A stretch of 64,000 bases of DNA from Smithellaceae bacterium (GCA_963663295.2 CAXXLA010000005.1:792840-856839); one strand, 5' to 3'; shown: positions 8,845 to 17,873, numbered from the stretch's first letter. Numbers and translations are program-made. The notes: generated by a model not told the origin, from the sequence alone.

Positions 8845-8872
8845 ACCCTGGCCTTCTGGTCGGGGTTTTTTT
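8845..8872 (+). terminator. rho-independent terminator closing the island operon
   Basis: ACCCTGGCC-TTCT-GGTCGGGGT hairpin followed by a T7 run. Confidence 0.6.
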
Positions 8873-9007
8873 ATGGGTAAAATTAGAAGTGGGGAGAGAT
8901 TTTTCTATACTTCCCAAAGGCCATGTTTTAATTTTGGGGGTATTTTTGGGGGTACGCGGAAAATCACACTACATCATTGCACCGTTATATCAATTACTTA
9001 AGTGCTT

Positions 9008-9027
9008 AGTTCGGTAGTCACATCGCC
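9008..9027 (+). repeat. attR core candidate (AGTTCGGTAGTCACATCGCC), a displaced remnant of the tRNA 3' end
   Basis: 16 of 20 nt identical to 1819-1838, including the 10-nt run TCACATCGCC. Confidence 0.6.
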
Positions 9028-9033
9028 AAAGAA

Positions 9034-9119
9034 GTGTAAAAACCCGTTAGAAATAGCGGGTTTTTTGTTGCCGTTAGTTTTATAAATTGCCGTAAGATTT
9101 AACACAATCCGGCAATTTG
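9034..9119 (+). repeat. right copy of the 86-bp imperfect direct repeat flanking the island
   Basis: See 1871-1956. It includes a duplicate of the terminator hairpin at 9038-9066. Confidence 0.7.
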
Positions 9120-9240
9120 AGGGGGCGATGTTAAAATCAATAAAAGCACTATGCAATCCAGGAAGTCCCAAAAAGAAAAAATTGCACAAACCAATTTGAA
9201 TTAGAAATAAAAGTTTGTAATGCTAAACCATAAATGGAAA

Positions 9241-9471
9241 TTATTTATTTACCTCCACAGGACATCCCCACCAGCCATCTTCTTCTGATTTCTTGATTTG
9301 ATCAGGAGTCGGATTCTTGTATCCGGAATAACTGAAATAAGCATGATCCCATGTTTTCCAGATACTCTCATGTTTCATGGCTTCGTTACAACTCAAGGAG
9401 GTACAGCCATATAAGCCGGAAAACAACATGAACATCATTACACTTGCAATGATCAATTTCTTCATTTTCAT
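9241..9471 (-). CDS. small lipoprotein, hypothetical
   Basis: Signal peptide with lipobox (MKMKKLIIASVMMFMLFSGLYGC). Confidence 0.6.
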   Translation of the reverse strand: MKMKKLIIASVMMFMLFSGLYGCTSLSCNEAMKHESIWKTWDHAYFSYSGYKNPTPDQIKKSEEDGWWGCPVEVNK

Positions 9472-9803
9472 CCCCTCCTATGTCATCAGTTTAAGTTCTT
9501 CTTTTGCTGCCTGTGTTATTGATCTGATTTTGTTGCTCCAAACAATAATTAATTATATTTCTCTTCTTATCAAGAAGATTTCATTTAAAATGAACCATCG
9601 TAGGTCTGGTTGTCAATATACCAACAGGGTTATATGACAAGCAGCCTCAGTAATAGCCCGTTGAAAATATAGGAGTTCAATGTGATGTCAGATTGTTGGA
9701 TGGTGCGAAAGCACCGGAAAATAATAATACCTCCCTCAGTACGAGACAAAGAGATTTTGGGCAACACCCCGTAAAAAACACACTCCAAAAGTTTTAGCAG
9801 TAG

Positions 9804-10418
9804 CTAAGGGGCTTTCTTAATATTTTCAATGCGATCGGCCCATGAGGGATGTTGATCCCAAAAGCCACCGGCGTCTTTAGTTTCCGCCTGCATAAATTGA
9901 AGAATTTGTACTTGACGATCAATGGCAATATCAAAACATTCGGCCAGTGCTTCCGAAGCCAGCTTATCTGCATCATATTCCTGAAGTTTACTATAATTAC
10001 TGGTCACAGCAGGATTAACAACATAATCAAGCAATCCAAGGCCGGGAACAATTGCGCCGGCAACGATCATAATCCCGGTGGTCACAATACTGACAGCTCT
10101 TCTATTTCTCACGTGTTTCAATTTTGCATGAGCAATCTCATGCGCAAGAACAAAAACAATAACGTCATCGTCAAAACGATAAAGGCCTTCGGTAAGATGC
10201 ACTTTATCGTCACCGTCAACCCAGGCATTAGGTTCTTTTCCCGGATTAATAAAAACATATGGATAGATCCCGGCGCCATGAAGTGCAGGACAGGAGATTA
10301 CCTCACTATACAAAATTTCCGTGTGCCTTTCCTGTATGTGCTGAGGAACAACATATTTATACTGCTGAGCGCAGGAAGATAAAAACAAGGCGCTAATAAT
10401 AAAGATTAATTTTCTCAT
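9804..10418 (-). CDS. M48-family zinc metallopeptidase lipoprotein
   Basis: HEIAH zinc motif (LAHEIAHAKLKH). Start moved to MRKLIFIISALFLSSCAQ (lipobox). The longer 256-aa ORF adds a non-signal N-terminal extension. Confidence 0.8.
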   Translation of the reverse strand: MRKLIFIISALFLSSCAQQYKYVVPQHIQERHTEILYSEVISCPALHGAGIYPYVFINPGKEPNAWVDGDDKVHLTEGLYRFDDDVIVFVLAHEIAHAKLKHVRNRRAVSIVTTGIMIVAGAIVPGLGLLDYVVNPAVTSNYSKLQEYDADKLASEALAECFDIAIDRQVQILQFMQAETKDAGGFWDQHPSWADRIENIKKAP

Positions 10419-10676
10419 GTTGGTATTATAATCTATTAAAATAAATTCACACAACAGATGTTTGCTTATGAGGTGCAAATAAGCGGTAATCTGAAATTCC
10501 ATACCCCCTGGCTTTGAGGATATCAGCCATCGGGACAGCTGAGAAACTTCTTTGCATCTATATACCCATAGCAATAGATAATTATACTTCCATATATATG
10601 GTTTTTTTTAAATTTTAGTGAGATAAAAATCCATCTTTACGTAGTTTTGCAAATTTCATTTATGGGGGGAATAAAA

Positions 10677-11009
10677 ATGTCTCTGATTAATTGCCCTGAT
10701 TGTGAAAAAGCAATATCAAACTACTCTTCATTGTGTCCGCATTGTCAGCTTCCCCTGATAAGTCGGCAGATAATTCCCATCACTTTACCCATAGAATATA
10801 AGAGTCGTGGAATAGCAATTTTACTGTCTTTGTTACTTGGCAGTATCGGTGCTCACAAATTCTATGTTGATAAGCCAAGAGCGGGCTTTCTTTACTTTTT
10901 ATTTTGTTGGACGTTTATTCCTGCTATTTTCGGTGTTATTGAAGCAATTGAATACGGCTCAATGAGCAATGATTTATTCCAGCAGAAGTACAAAACCAAA
11001 AAACTTTAA
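10677..11009 (+). CDS. zinc-ribbon plus TM2 domain membrane protein
   Basis: CPDCEKAISNYSSLCPHC followed by TM2-like LGSIGAHKFYVDKPRAGFLYFLFCWTFIPAIFGVIEAI. The ATG at 10677 is preceded by GGGGGGA. Confidence 0.75.
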   Translation: MSLINCPDCEKAISNYSSLCPHCQLPLISRQIIPITLPIEYKSRGIAILLSLLLGSIGAHKFYVDKPRAGFLYFLFCWTFIPAIFGVIEAIEYGSMSNDLFQQKYKTKKL

Positions 11010-11069
11010 TAAATAAAACAATTTAATCATATTTATAAGTGTACAAAACTAATAAAGTCGCTTGTTTCA

Positions 11070-11097
11070 GGCGGGTGCAAAAGCATCCGCCTTTTTT
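11070..11097 (+). terminator. rho-independent terminator after the TM2 gene
   Basis: GGCGGGTGC-AAAA-GCATCCGCC followed by a T6 run. Confidence 0.7.
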
Positions 11098-11193
11098 ATT
11101 GACGTCATTCTATCAAAAGATTATATGTTAAAAAATGATATCAATCTAAATCAACGAAGCCAGCCTGGTGCGAGAAGAAAAAAAAGGAGAATC

Positions 11194-12756
11194 GTGGAAA
11201 ACCGTTTTAAAGAGGCACTGTTGAATCCTGATACATTCGCTGTCACCTGGGAATTGGTGCCGGGACGAGGCGCCCGGGAAGCAACTCAGGAAAAAACCAT
11301 CGCACTGGCCAAAGAAGCCGCTTCAACGGGAAAGATACATTCTTTGACCCTGACAGACAATCCGGGTGGAACCCCGGCTATGTCCGCCGATTTCATGGGC
11401 AGCGAAATTCTGCGACTGGGCATCGAACCGCTTGTCCATTTCACCTGCAAAGACAAAAACAGAAATTCAATCGAAAGTGAACTTTATGTTCTCGACCGGT
11501 CGGGGGTGAGAAATCTCCTGATAATGAGCGGCGACTATCCCGTTTCCGGTTATCAGGGAAGACCGTCTCCGGTATTCGATCTTGATCCCATACACATCCT
11601 GCAGCTGATAACAGACATGAATCGTGGTCTCACATATGCGGGCATGAAAGGAAACGTCCATCACAAACCATCCGACTTTTTCCCCGGGGCAGTGGTTTCT
11701 CCCTTCAAGGCAACCGAAGCGGAACAGATGGCCCAGTATTACAAACTAAAAAAGAAAATAGAGGCCGGCGCCCGGTTCATTGTAACGCAACTTGGATATG
11801 ATGCCCGAAAGTTTCATGAGGTGCTTCTCTTTATAAAACAGAGCGGATTCAACATTCCTCTGATGGGAAATATCTACGTCCTTCCCTACGGCGCCGCGAA
11901 GATGATGAACCGCAACGATCTTCCCGGTTCCGTTGTCACGGACAAGCTTCTGGTGGAACTGGAGCGGGAACAAAATGATCCGGACAAGGGATTGAGCGCC
12001 AGAATTCTGCGTGCTGGCCGGATGTACGCCATTATGAAGGGAATGGGATTTGACGGTGTCCACATCGGCGGGCACAATATCAAATACGAACAAGTCGAAG
12101 AGATTATTCGTCAGGGCGAGGCCCTTGTTCCCCAATGGACCGACCTGATCCGCCACTTTGATTATCCTATCCCCGGCGGCTTCTATTATTTTGAACGTGA
12201 TCCCGAAACAGGCCTCAACAGTGAAAAGACAACGGCAAGACAAAACAGACCGCCGGATGCTGAAGTTGGATGTTCTTATGGATTTTCCAAGGTTATTCAC
12301 AAGATCTTACTGGAACCGGGGAAAAACCTTTATGGAATAATGAAAAGTATCTGCCGCGCAATTGAAGGAACAAAGATGGAAGGTGTTTTTCATAAGCTGG
12401 AGCATCTTACTAAAGTGGTCCTCTATGACTGCAAGGATTGCGGTGATTGCGCCCTTATCGATGTGGCCTACATCTGCCCGATGTCGCAATGCCCGAAGAA
12501 CCAGCGCAACGGCGCCTGCGGCGGCAGCTTTGAAGGATGGTGTGAAGTCTATCCCGGAAAGAAAAAATGCATCTATGTCCGGGCCTATGCCCGGTTGAAA
12601 AAAAACCATGAAGAACAGCAGTTGGAAAAAAACATTTTACCACCCTGCAACTGGGATCTGTATCAAAGCTCATCCTGGATTAACTACTATCTGGGAAAAG
12701 ATCATACCTCAAAAAGTTGCGGCGACAACTCCTGTCAATCAGGAGACAGCCGGTAA
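11194..12756 (+). CDS. metF: methylenetetrahydrofolate reductase with fused Cys-rich C-terminal (MetV/MTHFR_C-like) domain
   Basis: MTHFR-type N-terminal domain (TWELVPGRG, HFTCKDKNR, LIMSGDYP). C-terminal CKDCGDCALIDVAYICPMSQCPKNQRNGACGG. Start placed at the GTG after AAGGAG, because the track's TTG start at 11062 lies upstream of the terminator hairpin at 11070-11097. Confidence 0.8.
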   Translation: MENRFKEALLNPDTFAVTWELVPGRGAREATQEKTIALAKEAASTGKIHSLTLTDNPGGTPAMSADFMGSEILRLGIEPLVHFTCKDKNRNSIESELYVLDRSGVRNLLIMSGDYPVSGYQGRPSPVFDLDPIHILQLITDMNRGLTYAGMKGNVHHKPSDFFPGAVVSPFKATEAEQMAQYYKLKKKIEAGARFIVTQLGYDARKFHEVLLFIKQSGFNIPLMGNIYVLPYGAAKMMNRNDLPGSVVTDKLLVELEREQNDPDKGLSARILRAGRMYAIMKGMGFDGVHIGGHNIKYEQVEEIIRQGEALVPQWTDLIRHFDYPIPGGFYYFERDPETGLNSEKTTARQNRPPDAEVGCSYGFSKVIHKILLEPGKNLYGIMKSICRAIEGTKMEGVFHKLEHLTKVVLYDCKDCGDCALIDVAYICPMSQCPKNQRNGACGGSFEGWCEVYPGKKKCIYVRAYARLKKNHEEQQLEKNILPPCNWDLYQSSSWINYYLGKDHTSKSCGDNSCQSGDSR

Positions 12757-12878
12757 TACATTAATTCCGTTTTTATTTCCGGCAAATGCTTTTTACCGCG
12801 ACTGAGGAGTGAAAAATAAAAGACTCATCCAGGACAAAACAGGAACTTATTGAAAAACTGGCTATAATAGGAGGTTAG

Positions 12879-13913
12879 ATGGCAAGAGCTGACGACGGTT
12901 TGCCGTTTTTGCTGCGTTATGAAAATGTAGCCCGTTACGACAACGGCGTGGTGTGGATTCTTGACCGGCGAAAATATCCGGCAAATGAAGAATATGTTTG
13001 TTGTGCGGATTACCGGCAGGTGGCAAAAGCAATTGCTGATATGGTCACGCAAAGCGGCGGGCCATTGGTTGCGGCTTCTCTGGGGATGGTCAGTGCCGCC
13101 AGAGACGTGAAGGGTCTTTCTGTAGATGAAGCAAAACGAAAGTTGCAGCAATCGGCCGATGAATTGTCACAGGCCCGCCCCACAACTTCCGCCAATATGA
13201 AATCCCATATTCAGAAAGTCCTGAAAATAGCCTTGAATGCCGTCGATCAAGGCGAAGACGCCGAAGCCAGGACGCACACCTATGTAATGGAAAACATCGA
13301 AAAACGCTACCAGCTTTCGCGTATAATGGCTGACTATGCGGTGGATATGCTTCCGGATAATGTATCGATACTGACGCAATGCTATGCGGAGACACTCATC
13401 GGTTTCATTTTGCTTGCCTGCCGGGAAAGAGGAAAGAAAGTATCTTTAATCTGTCCGGAGACGCGTCCTTATCTTCAGGGGGCAAAACTGACCGCCAGCG
13501 TGGCCTGCGACATGGGCGTTCCGGTTACCGTTATTACGGACAACATGCCGGCCTACATCTTGTCCAAAAAAATGGCTCAGGTATTTATATCCGCAGCAGA
13601 TGTGGCAACCATGGACGGCCATATAGTCAACAAGGTAGGAACGTTTCAAATTGCTCTGGCGGCGCACTATTTCGGCGTACCCTTCTATGCCATAGCAGCG
13701 CCGTCTCGAAAACACCCGGATATTTCCACTGTGGTCATCGAGGAAAGATCGCCGGAAGAAACTGTGCAGGTCATGGGAATCCGCACCGCGAAAGAAGGCG
13801 TCAAAGGATATTATCCCGCCTTCGACATCACGCCTCCGCATCTGGTAAGCGCCGTCGTCACGCATAAAGGAGTTTTTTCGCCCTGGGATCTGAAGAGATA
13901 TTTTGAGGAGTAA
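12879..13913 (+). CDS. eIF-2B alpha/beta/delta-family sugar-phosphate isomerase (methylthioribose-1-P or 5-deoxyribose-1-P isomerase-like)
   Basis: Length and pattern are typical of the MtnA/eIF-2B family (VWILDRR..YP, ILTQCYAETLIG, ISAADVATMDGHIVNKVGT, YPAFDITPPHLVSAVVT). Strong RBS AGGAGG. Confidence 0.7.
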   Translation: MARADDGLPFLLRYENVARYDNGVVWILDRRKYPANEEYVCCADYRQVAKAIADMVTQSGGPLVAASLGMVSAARDVKGLSVDEAKRKLQQSADELSQARPTTSANMKSHIQKVLKIALNAVDQGEDAEARTHTYVMENIEKRYQLSRIMADYAVDMLPDNVSILTQCYAETLIGFILLACRERGKKVSLICPETRPYLQGAKLTASVACDMGVPVTVITDNMPAYILSKKMAQVFISAADVATMDGHIVNKVGTFQIALAAHYFGVPFYAIAAPSRKHPDISTVVIEERSPEETVQVMGIRTAKEGVKGYYPAFDITPPHLVSAVVTHKGVFSPWDLKRYFEE

Positions 13914-13918
13914 GTAAT

Positions 13919-14042
13919 GACGGCCTCGAAAAAAGGCCGGATGCTGCGTTGTGCTGCGTTCTTCGTCACTGCGGCGTACGCCAAGTACGCCTCCTTCCTC
14001 AGAATTTGCACGCCTTGCCTGCGACCTTTTTACGAGGCCGTC
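13919..14042 (-). repeat. R1 structured repeat, copy a (inverted relative to copies b and c)
   Basis: GACGGCCTCGAAAAAAGGCC...GACCTTTTTACGAGGCCGTC terminal inverted arms. The interior is homologous (as reverse complement) to 43888-44011 and 48172-48295. Confidence 0.85.
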
Positions 14043-14084
14043 TGTAAATGGCCACTTTTATGATTTTCTACGAGGATATTAGTA

Positions 14085-14726
14085 ATGCTTTATGAGAAAA
14101 TTCGAAAAGAACTGCTACAGACAGTATTGCATCTTTATCAAAAAGATATGATACCGCTGAACTCCGGCAATGTGAGCGCACGTGCGTCCGCGGAGCATTT
14201 TGTAATTACGCCGCGGGGCATTCCTTATGAGCATATGGCCATCGCCGATTTCGTCGTTATCAATCATAACGGCGATGTTATCGAAGGCGGCCACAAACCG
14301 TCTTCCGAAACGCCCATGCACCTTGCCGTTTATAAAAATATGCTGAAAGCCTCAGCCGTGGTACACACTCATTCCCCCTATGCTTTAGCCTTTGCCGTAG
14401 CGGGACGCTCCATACCGATTATCTGCACGGAAGGTCTGGCTGTTCGCGGACCGTTGCCAGTCGCCGAATATGCCTACCCCGGCACCGAAGCCCAGGGAAG
14501 CGTCGCCGTTTGCGCCATGCAGGGGCCGCCTTCCGTGACCGGAACCCTTTTACAGAACCATGGAGTTTTAACTTACGGAGCCACTTTGTCGGAGGCGTAT
14601 GCAACAGCCTGCCGCATTGAAATTGCAGCCAAGGTCTATCTTCTTGCCCTGCAGATTGGAGCGCCAAATGTGCTCACTCAAAACCAGCTTGATGAAATCA
14701 AGGCCTTGTATGCTTCTTTAAAATAA
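14085..14726 (+). CDS. class II aldolase/adducin-family protein (FucA / MtnB / Ald2-like)
   Basis: NSGNVSAR, metal-binding-type HTHSPYA, and a length of 213 aa. Confidence 0.8.
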   Translation: MLYEKIRKELLQTVLHLYQKDMIPLNSGNVSARASAEHFVITPRGIPYEHMAIADFVVINHNGDVIEGGHKPSSETPMHLAVYKNMLKASAVVHTHSPYALAFAVAGRSIPIICTEGLAVRGPLPVAEYAYPGTEAQGSVAVCAMQGPPSVTGTLLQNHGVLTYGATLSEAYATACRIEIAAKVYLLALQIGAPNVLTQNQLDEIKALYASLK

Positions 14727-14782
14727 CCCAAATTTACAGATAAGCACTACCTCATTAGCCGTAATCTTTTTTACATAATAGA

Positions 14783-14818
14783 AGTCCTCCCAGATTCAGA
14801 AAATGGTCTGGGAGGACT
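14783..14818. terminator. bidirectional hairpin between convergent genes
   Basis: Perfect 12-bp stem AGTCCTCCCAGA / TCTGGGAGGACT with a 12-nt loop, between the aldolase stop and the MCP stop. Confidence 0.6.
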
Positions 14819-14880
14819 GTTAATTCAAGTCCGTTCTCTTACAGGCAATTATTCTTCCTTACATTGAGGTCAAGTCAGCA

Positions 14881-16359
14881 TTAGATTTTAACCAGCGCTG
14901 TCATTCCTTCATTGCCGGCCCCTTCTAGGAGTGAAATCAATTCCCTGACATTATCCTTCATTTTCTCCGCCTGAGCATTCATCTCTTCTGCAGTGCTGGT
15001 TGTCTCTTCCGCATTAGCCGCATTCTGCTGAACTATTTTATCCATCTCCTGAATCGCTTTATTTATTTGTTCAATGCCTTGGGCCTGCTCCATCGAAGCC
15101 GCTGCGATTTCATTAACTAACCCTGTAACTTTTCTGGCAATATGACGGTTATTGGATAATTCACCGTTAACTTCCTCAAACAGGGCTGATGCCTGCTGTA
15201 TCTTTTTATTGGAGTCTTCGATCAGCGATTCCGTGTTTTTCGCTGATTCGGCCGACCGCAGGGCAAGATTCCGCACCTCATCCGCTACAACCGCAAAACC
15301 TGCACCGATTTCTCCCGCTCTTGCCGCTTCAACGGCTGCATTAAGGGCCAGAAGATTAGTCTGAAAAGCAATATCATCAATGGTCTTGATGACTTTTGAT
15401 GTTTCCTCACTCGCCTTAACACTATCTTCAATGACCTTTTGCATCATGTTCATTTTCTCAGTTATCAACCGGTAGCTATCCCTTGCGTTCTCGGACATCA
15501 TTACACGGGCATGCTGGGCATTATCAGCATTCTGCTTTGTCATGGAAGACATTTCTTCGATTGACGAACTTGTCTCTTCCACAGTGGATGCTTGTTTCGA
15601 AGCTCCTTCCGCAAGGCTCTGGCTTGCGGATGTTATCTGAAATGAAGCCGACACCACTTGTTCTGAGCCTTCGTTGAGGCCTGCTATTGCGTGGTTGATC
15701 GGCCGTGTAATCATAAGAGGGAAAAATATGCCAAAGGCAATGGTCAGTATGACACCAATTATCGTGCCACCAGATGCAAGAAGCTTTATTCTGTCGGCGG
15801 CCTTCTCGGCATTTATTTTAGTTTCCTTGGATTCCTTCATGTTCAGTGCAATCAAATCATCGATGTTTTTGGTTGCACTTAAGAAACTGTCTCGCATTTG
15901 GCCATTTGTCAGTGCCAAAGCCTCTTCTCTTTTATTTGATTTCATCAGGTCGAGATATTGGTTATAATTTTTCTTCCATGTTTCCCAGGATGTTTTCGCC
16001 TGATTCCAGAGGGCTGTTTGCTCATTACTTTTAGACAGAGAATCGAAGGTTTTGGAGGCCTCATCCATCCTTTTAAAGGCATTCTCGGCATTTTCATACT
16101 GTCGTTTTTTGAGTTCTTCATTACTGGCAAATTCATTGATTAAAAGGGAACGCTCCGCTACGCGGAGATCCGTCTGTGCCTCTTTAATGGTTGCCAAAGT
16201 TTGTATACCAGGCATGCGGACATCGTTGACATTCTTTAGAGCATTCTCAGTCTGATAGATTCCATACCATCCTACAGCACCACCAACGACAATGATACAC
16301 GCAATTAAAATAAAACCGGTTATCAACTTTACGCTTAGCTTCATGTTCTTCATATACAT
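14881..16359 (-). CDS. methyl-accepting chemotaxis protein (4HB sensor, HAMP, MA domain)
   Basis: [43 protein letters not shown] signalling hairpin. N-terminal TM, periplasmic helical domain, second TM. Confidence 0.9.
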   Translation of the reverse strand: MYMKNMKLSVKLITGFILIACIIVVGGAVGWYGIYQTENALKNVNDVRMPGIQTLATIKEAQTDLRVAERSLLINEFASNEELKKRQYENAENAFKRMDEASKTFDSLSKSNEQTALWNQAKTSWETWKKNYNQYLDLMKSNKREEALALTNGQMRDSFLSATKNIDDLIALNMKESKETKINAEKAADRIKLLASGGTIIGVILTIAFGIFFPLMITRPINHAIAGLNEGSEQVVSASFQITSASQSLAEGASKQASTVEETSSSIEEMSSMTKQNADNAQHARVMMSENARDSYRLITEKMNMMQKVIEDSVKASEETSKVIKTIDDIAFQTNLLALNAAVEAARAGEIGAGFAVVADEVRNLALRSAESAKNTESLIEDSNKKIQQASALFEEVNGELSNNRHIARKVTGLVNEIAAASMEQAQGIEQINKAIQEMDKIVQQNAANAEETTSTAEEMNAQAEKMKDNVRELISLLEGAGNEGMTALVKI

Positions 16360-16709
16360 TATATCTCCGACAATTTAATAGGCCTCGACAAATGACATTT
16401 TCCAGCGTATTCAATGTTATATCTAATTCAATACTTTCAATTTTGCTTATCGGTTTTGGTTATTTAAACTTTAGTTAATAAATTCAATAGAACTTTAGAC
16501 CTTTGAAAAATCGGAATTCAGAGGAAATATGCCACGCAAAAAGGGCAATGGTAATCTGTATTGCTAATAATATCAATATATTATCATATCTCAACGGCTC
16601 ATTAACTGCCGGGAAAATTTGTTAAACATTGGCAAGATGAGGTGACTTTTGTAAAGCTCTCAAGGTATACAGGCAGGACACTTTATCGATATCGAGATTA
16701 CGACAGCTT

Positions 16710-17873
16710 TTATATGCCTTTGTTCGCCAGCAAAGATTGTTTGCCAAGATTCATCTTGAAATATTCCAGCATTAACTCTGAAAGTATCTGCTCCCTGGAA
16801 GTGCCGTTATATGTATTTCCTTGTTTTGCTGCTGAAGTCCCGATACTGCTTTTCCGACTGGCCAATTGCTGCCGCGCTTGTTGCAGAGCAGCATATTTGT
16901 CATCCAGGACATTTCGCGGCAATGATGAAAGTTTCAGATAAGTCGAGGCAACCTCGTTTGGTGGAGGTAGTTTCGGTGATTCCAGGACAGCTTTGGAACT
17001 TTTGGCATAGCGTTGCAATCCTCTGATGACATGCTTCGTTTCGGCGAAATTGATCCCTGACCATCCGGCCCGAATCCAGGAAAAAACACCAGATCGAACC
17101 ATGGACGAAGAAGAATTTGGCGGGAGGTAAACGCCCACAGAAAAATAGTCATAGATGTAGGATTTGACCCAGCCCAGGCCGGTTTTAGTAGAGCCGGTTT
17201 CTGCTGAATAATAGTAATTCCAGTCGTTGTCGCTTCCCAGGATGATTCCCTTCTTCCCTACATCTGAAACATCCGTCTGCTTGGAAATGGAAATAAGTAC
17301 CTGTCTTCCTTTATGCTTAAGAAGGATAAGCGTCTTTTTAAGATCGTATTTGTAATAGACTCCCGTGTTGAGATCCGGGGTGATGCACACGTGTTCCAGT
17401 CCATGCATAACAATGGGCTGTCCATCTTTCGGAAACAGGTTGCAAATGTTGGAGATATTTTTCGAATTTCCCCGGTCGATCCATTGGGAATACCGCAGGG
17501 AGGCCGGGCTCGTGAGTACCGAGGGGATCTGTCTGTTGAAGGAATATTTCAGAAAACGAGGGAAATCAATCCTTGTATCGAATTCATAGTAGGCACCTGT
17601 AGCATTCCGGAGTTTTGGAAGATCAGCTTCCTTACTTGGCTTGGCTCCGAGCACATAATCTGCAAGGGTGGCAACAGACTGGGTATCGAGGCCAACTCTG
17701 GGGTCGATACAAAATTGAACAAGTTTCATGGCTGCTGCAGAAGCAAGATTGGAATCTTCTGATGGGGGAGCGGCCAGGGCCGGAAGATGCTGAAAGACAG
17801 TCAGCAGTAAAATTATCATAATGATAAACGAACGTCGGTTACCGGAGACCGGCCTGGAATTTCTTTTCTTCAT
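16710..17873 (-). CDS. hypothetical secreted protein
   Basis: 387-aa ORF with signal peptide ending PALAAPPSE. No motif recognised. Confidence 0.55.
   Translation of the reverse strand: MKKRNSRPVSGNRRSFIIMIILLLTVFQHLPALAAPPSEDSNLASAAAMKLVQFCIDPRVGLDTQSVATLADYVLGAKPSKEADLPKLRNATGAYYEFDTRIDFPRFLKYSFNRQIPSVLTSPASLRYSQWIDRGNSKNISNICNLFPKDGQPIVMHGLEHVCITPDLNTGVYYKYDLKKTLILLKHKGRQVLISISKQTDVSDVGKKGIILGSDNDWNYYYSAETGSTKTGLGWVKSYIYDYFSVGVYLPPNSSSSMVRSGVFSWIRAGWSGINFAETKHVIRGLQRYAKSSKAVLESPKLPPPNEVASTYLKLSSLPRNVLDDKYAALQQARQQLASRKSSIGTSAAKQGNTYNGTSREQILSELMLEYFKMNLGKQSLLANKGI

Larger units (their letters stand above)
1844..9027 (+). mobile_element. about 7.2-kb integrative island at the tRNA-Arg 3' end (integrase, AlpA, replication initiator-like protein, primase-helicase, cargo)
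   Basis: The tRNA 3' half is repeated at the far end (1819-1838 vs 9008-9027, 16/20 identical). A P4-type tyrosine integrase sits next to the tRNA. An AlpA/rep/primase-helicase operon follows. The cargo stretches are visibly AT-rich. I recognise no structural phage or conjugation genes. Confidence 0.75.

Noticed and set aside
8802-9189. 71-aa plus-strand and 63-aa minus-strand ORFs across the island terminator and attR
   Set aside because: They span a terminator hairpin, the tRNA-derived repeat and the duplicated flank. There is no RBS and the translations are odd.
9849-10382. 177-aa ORF antisense to the M48 peptidase gene
   Set aside because: The opposite strand carries the HEIAH zinc motif and a lipoprotein signal. 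The antisense ORF has no motif.
11062-11193. N-terminal 44-codon extension of metF from a TTG start
   Set aside because: The extension spans a strong terminator hairpin with a T-run (11070-11097) and a promoter-like stretch. The GTG at 11194 has an AAGGAG RBS.
13379-13867. 162-aa plus-strand and 139-aa minus-strand ORFs inside the MtnA-like gene
   Set aside because: These are off-frame or antisense shadow ORFs with Arg/Gly/His-rich low-complexity translations. The annotated frame has family-typical motifs and an AGGAGG RBS.
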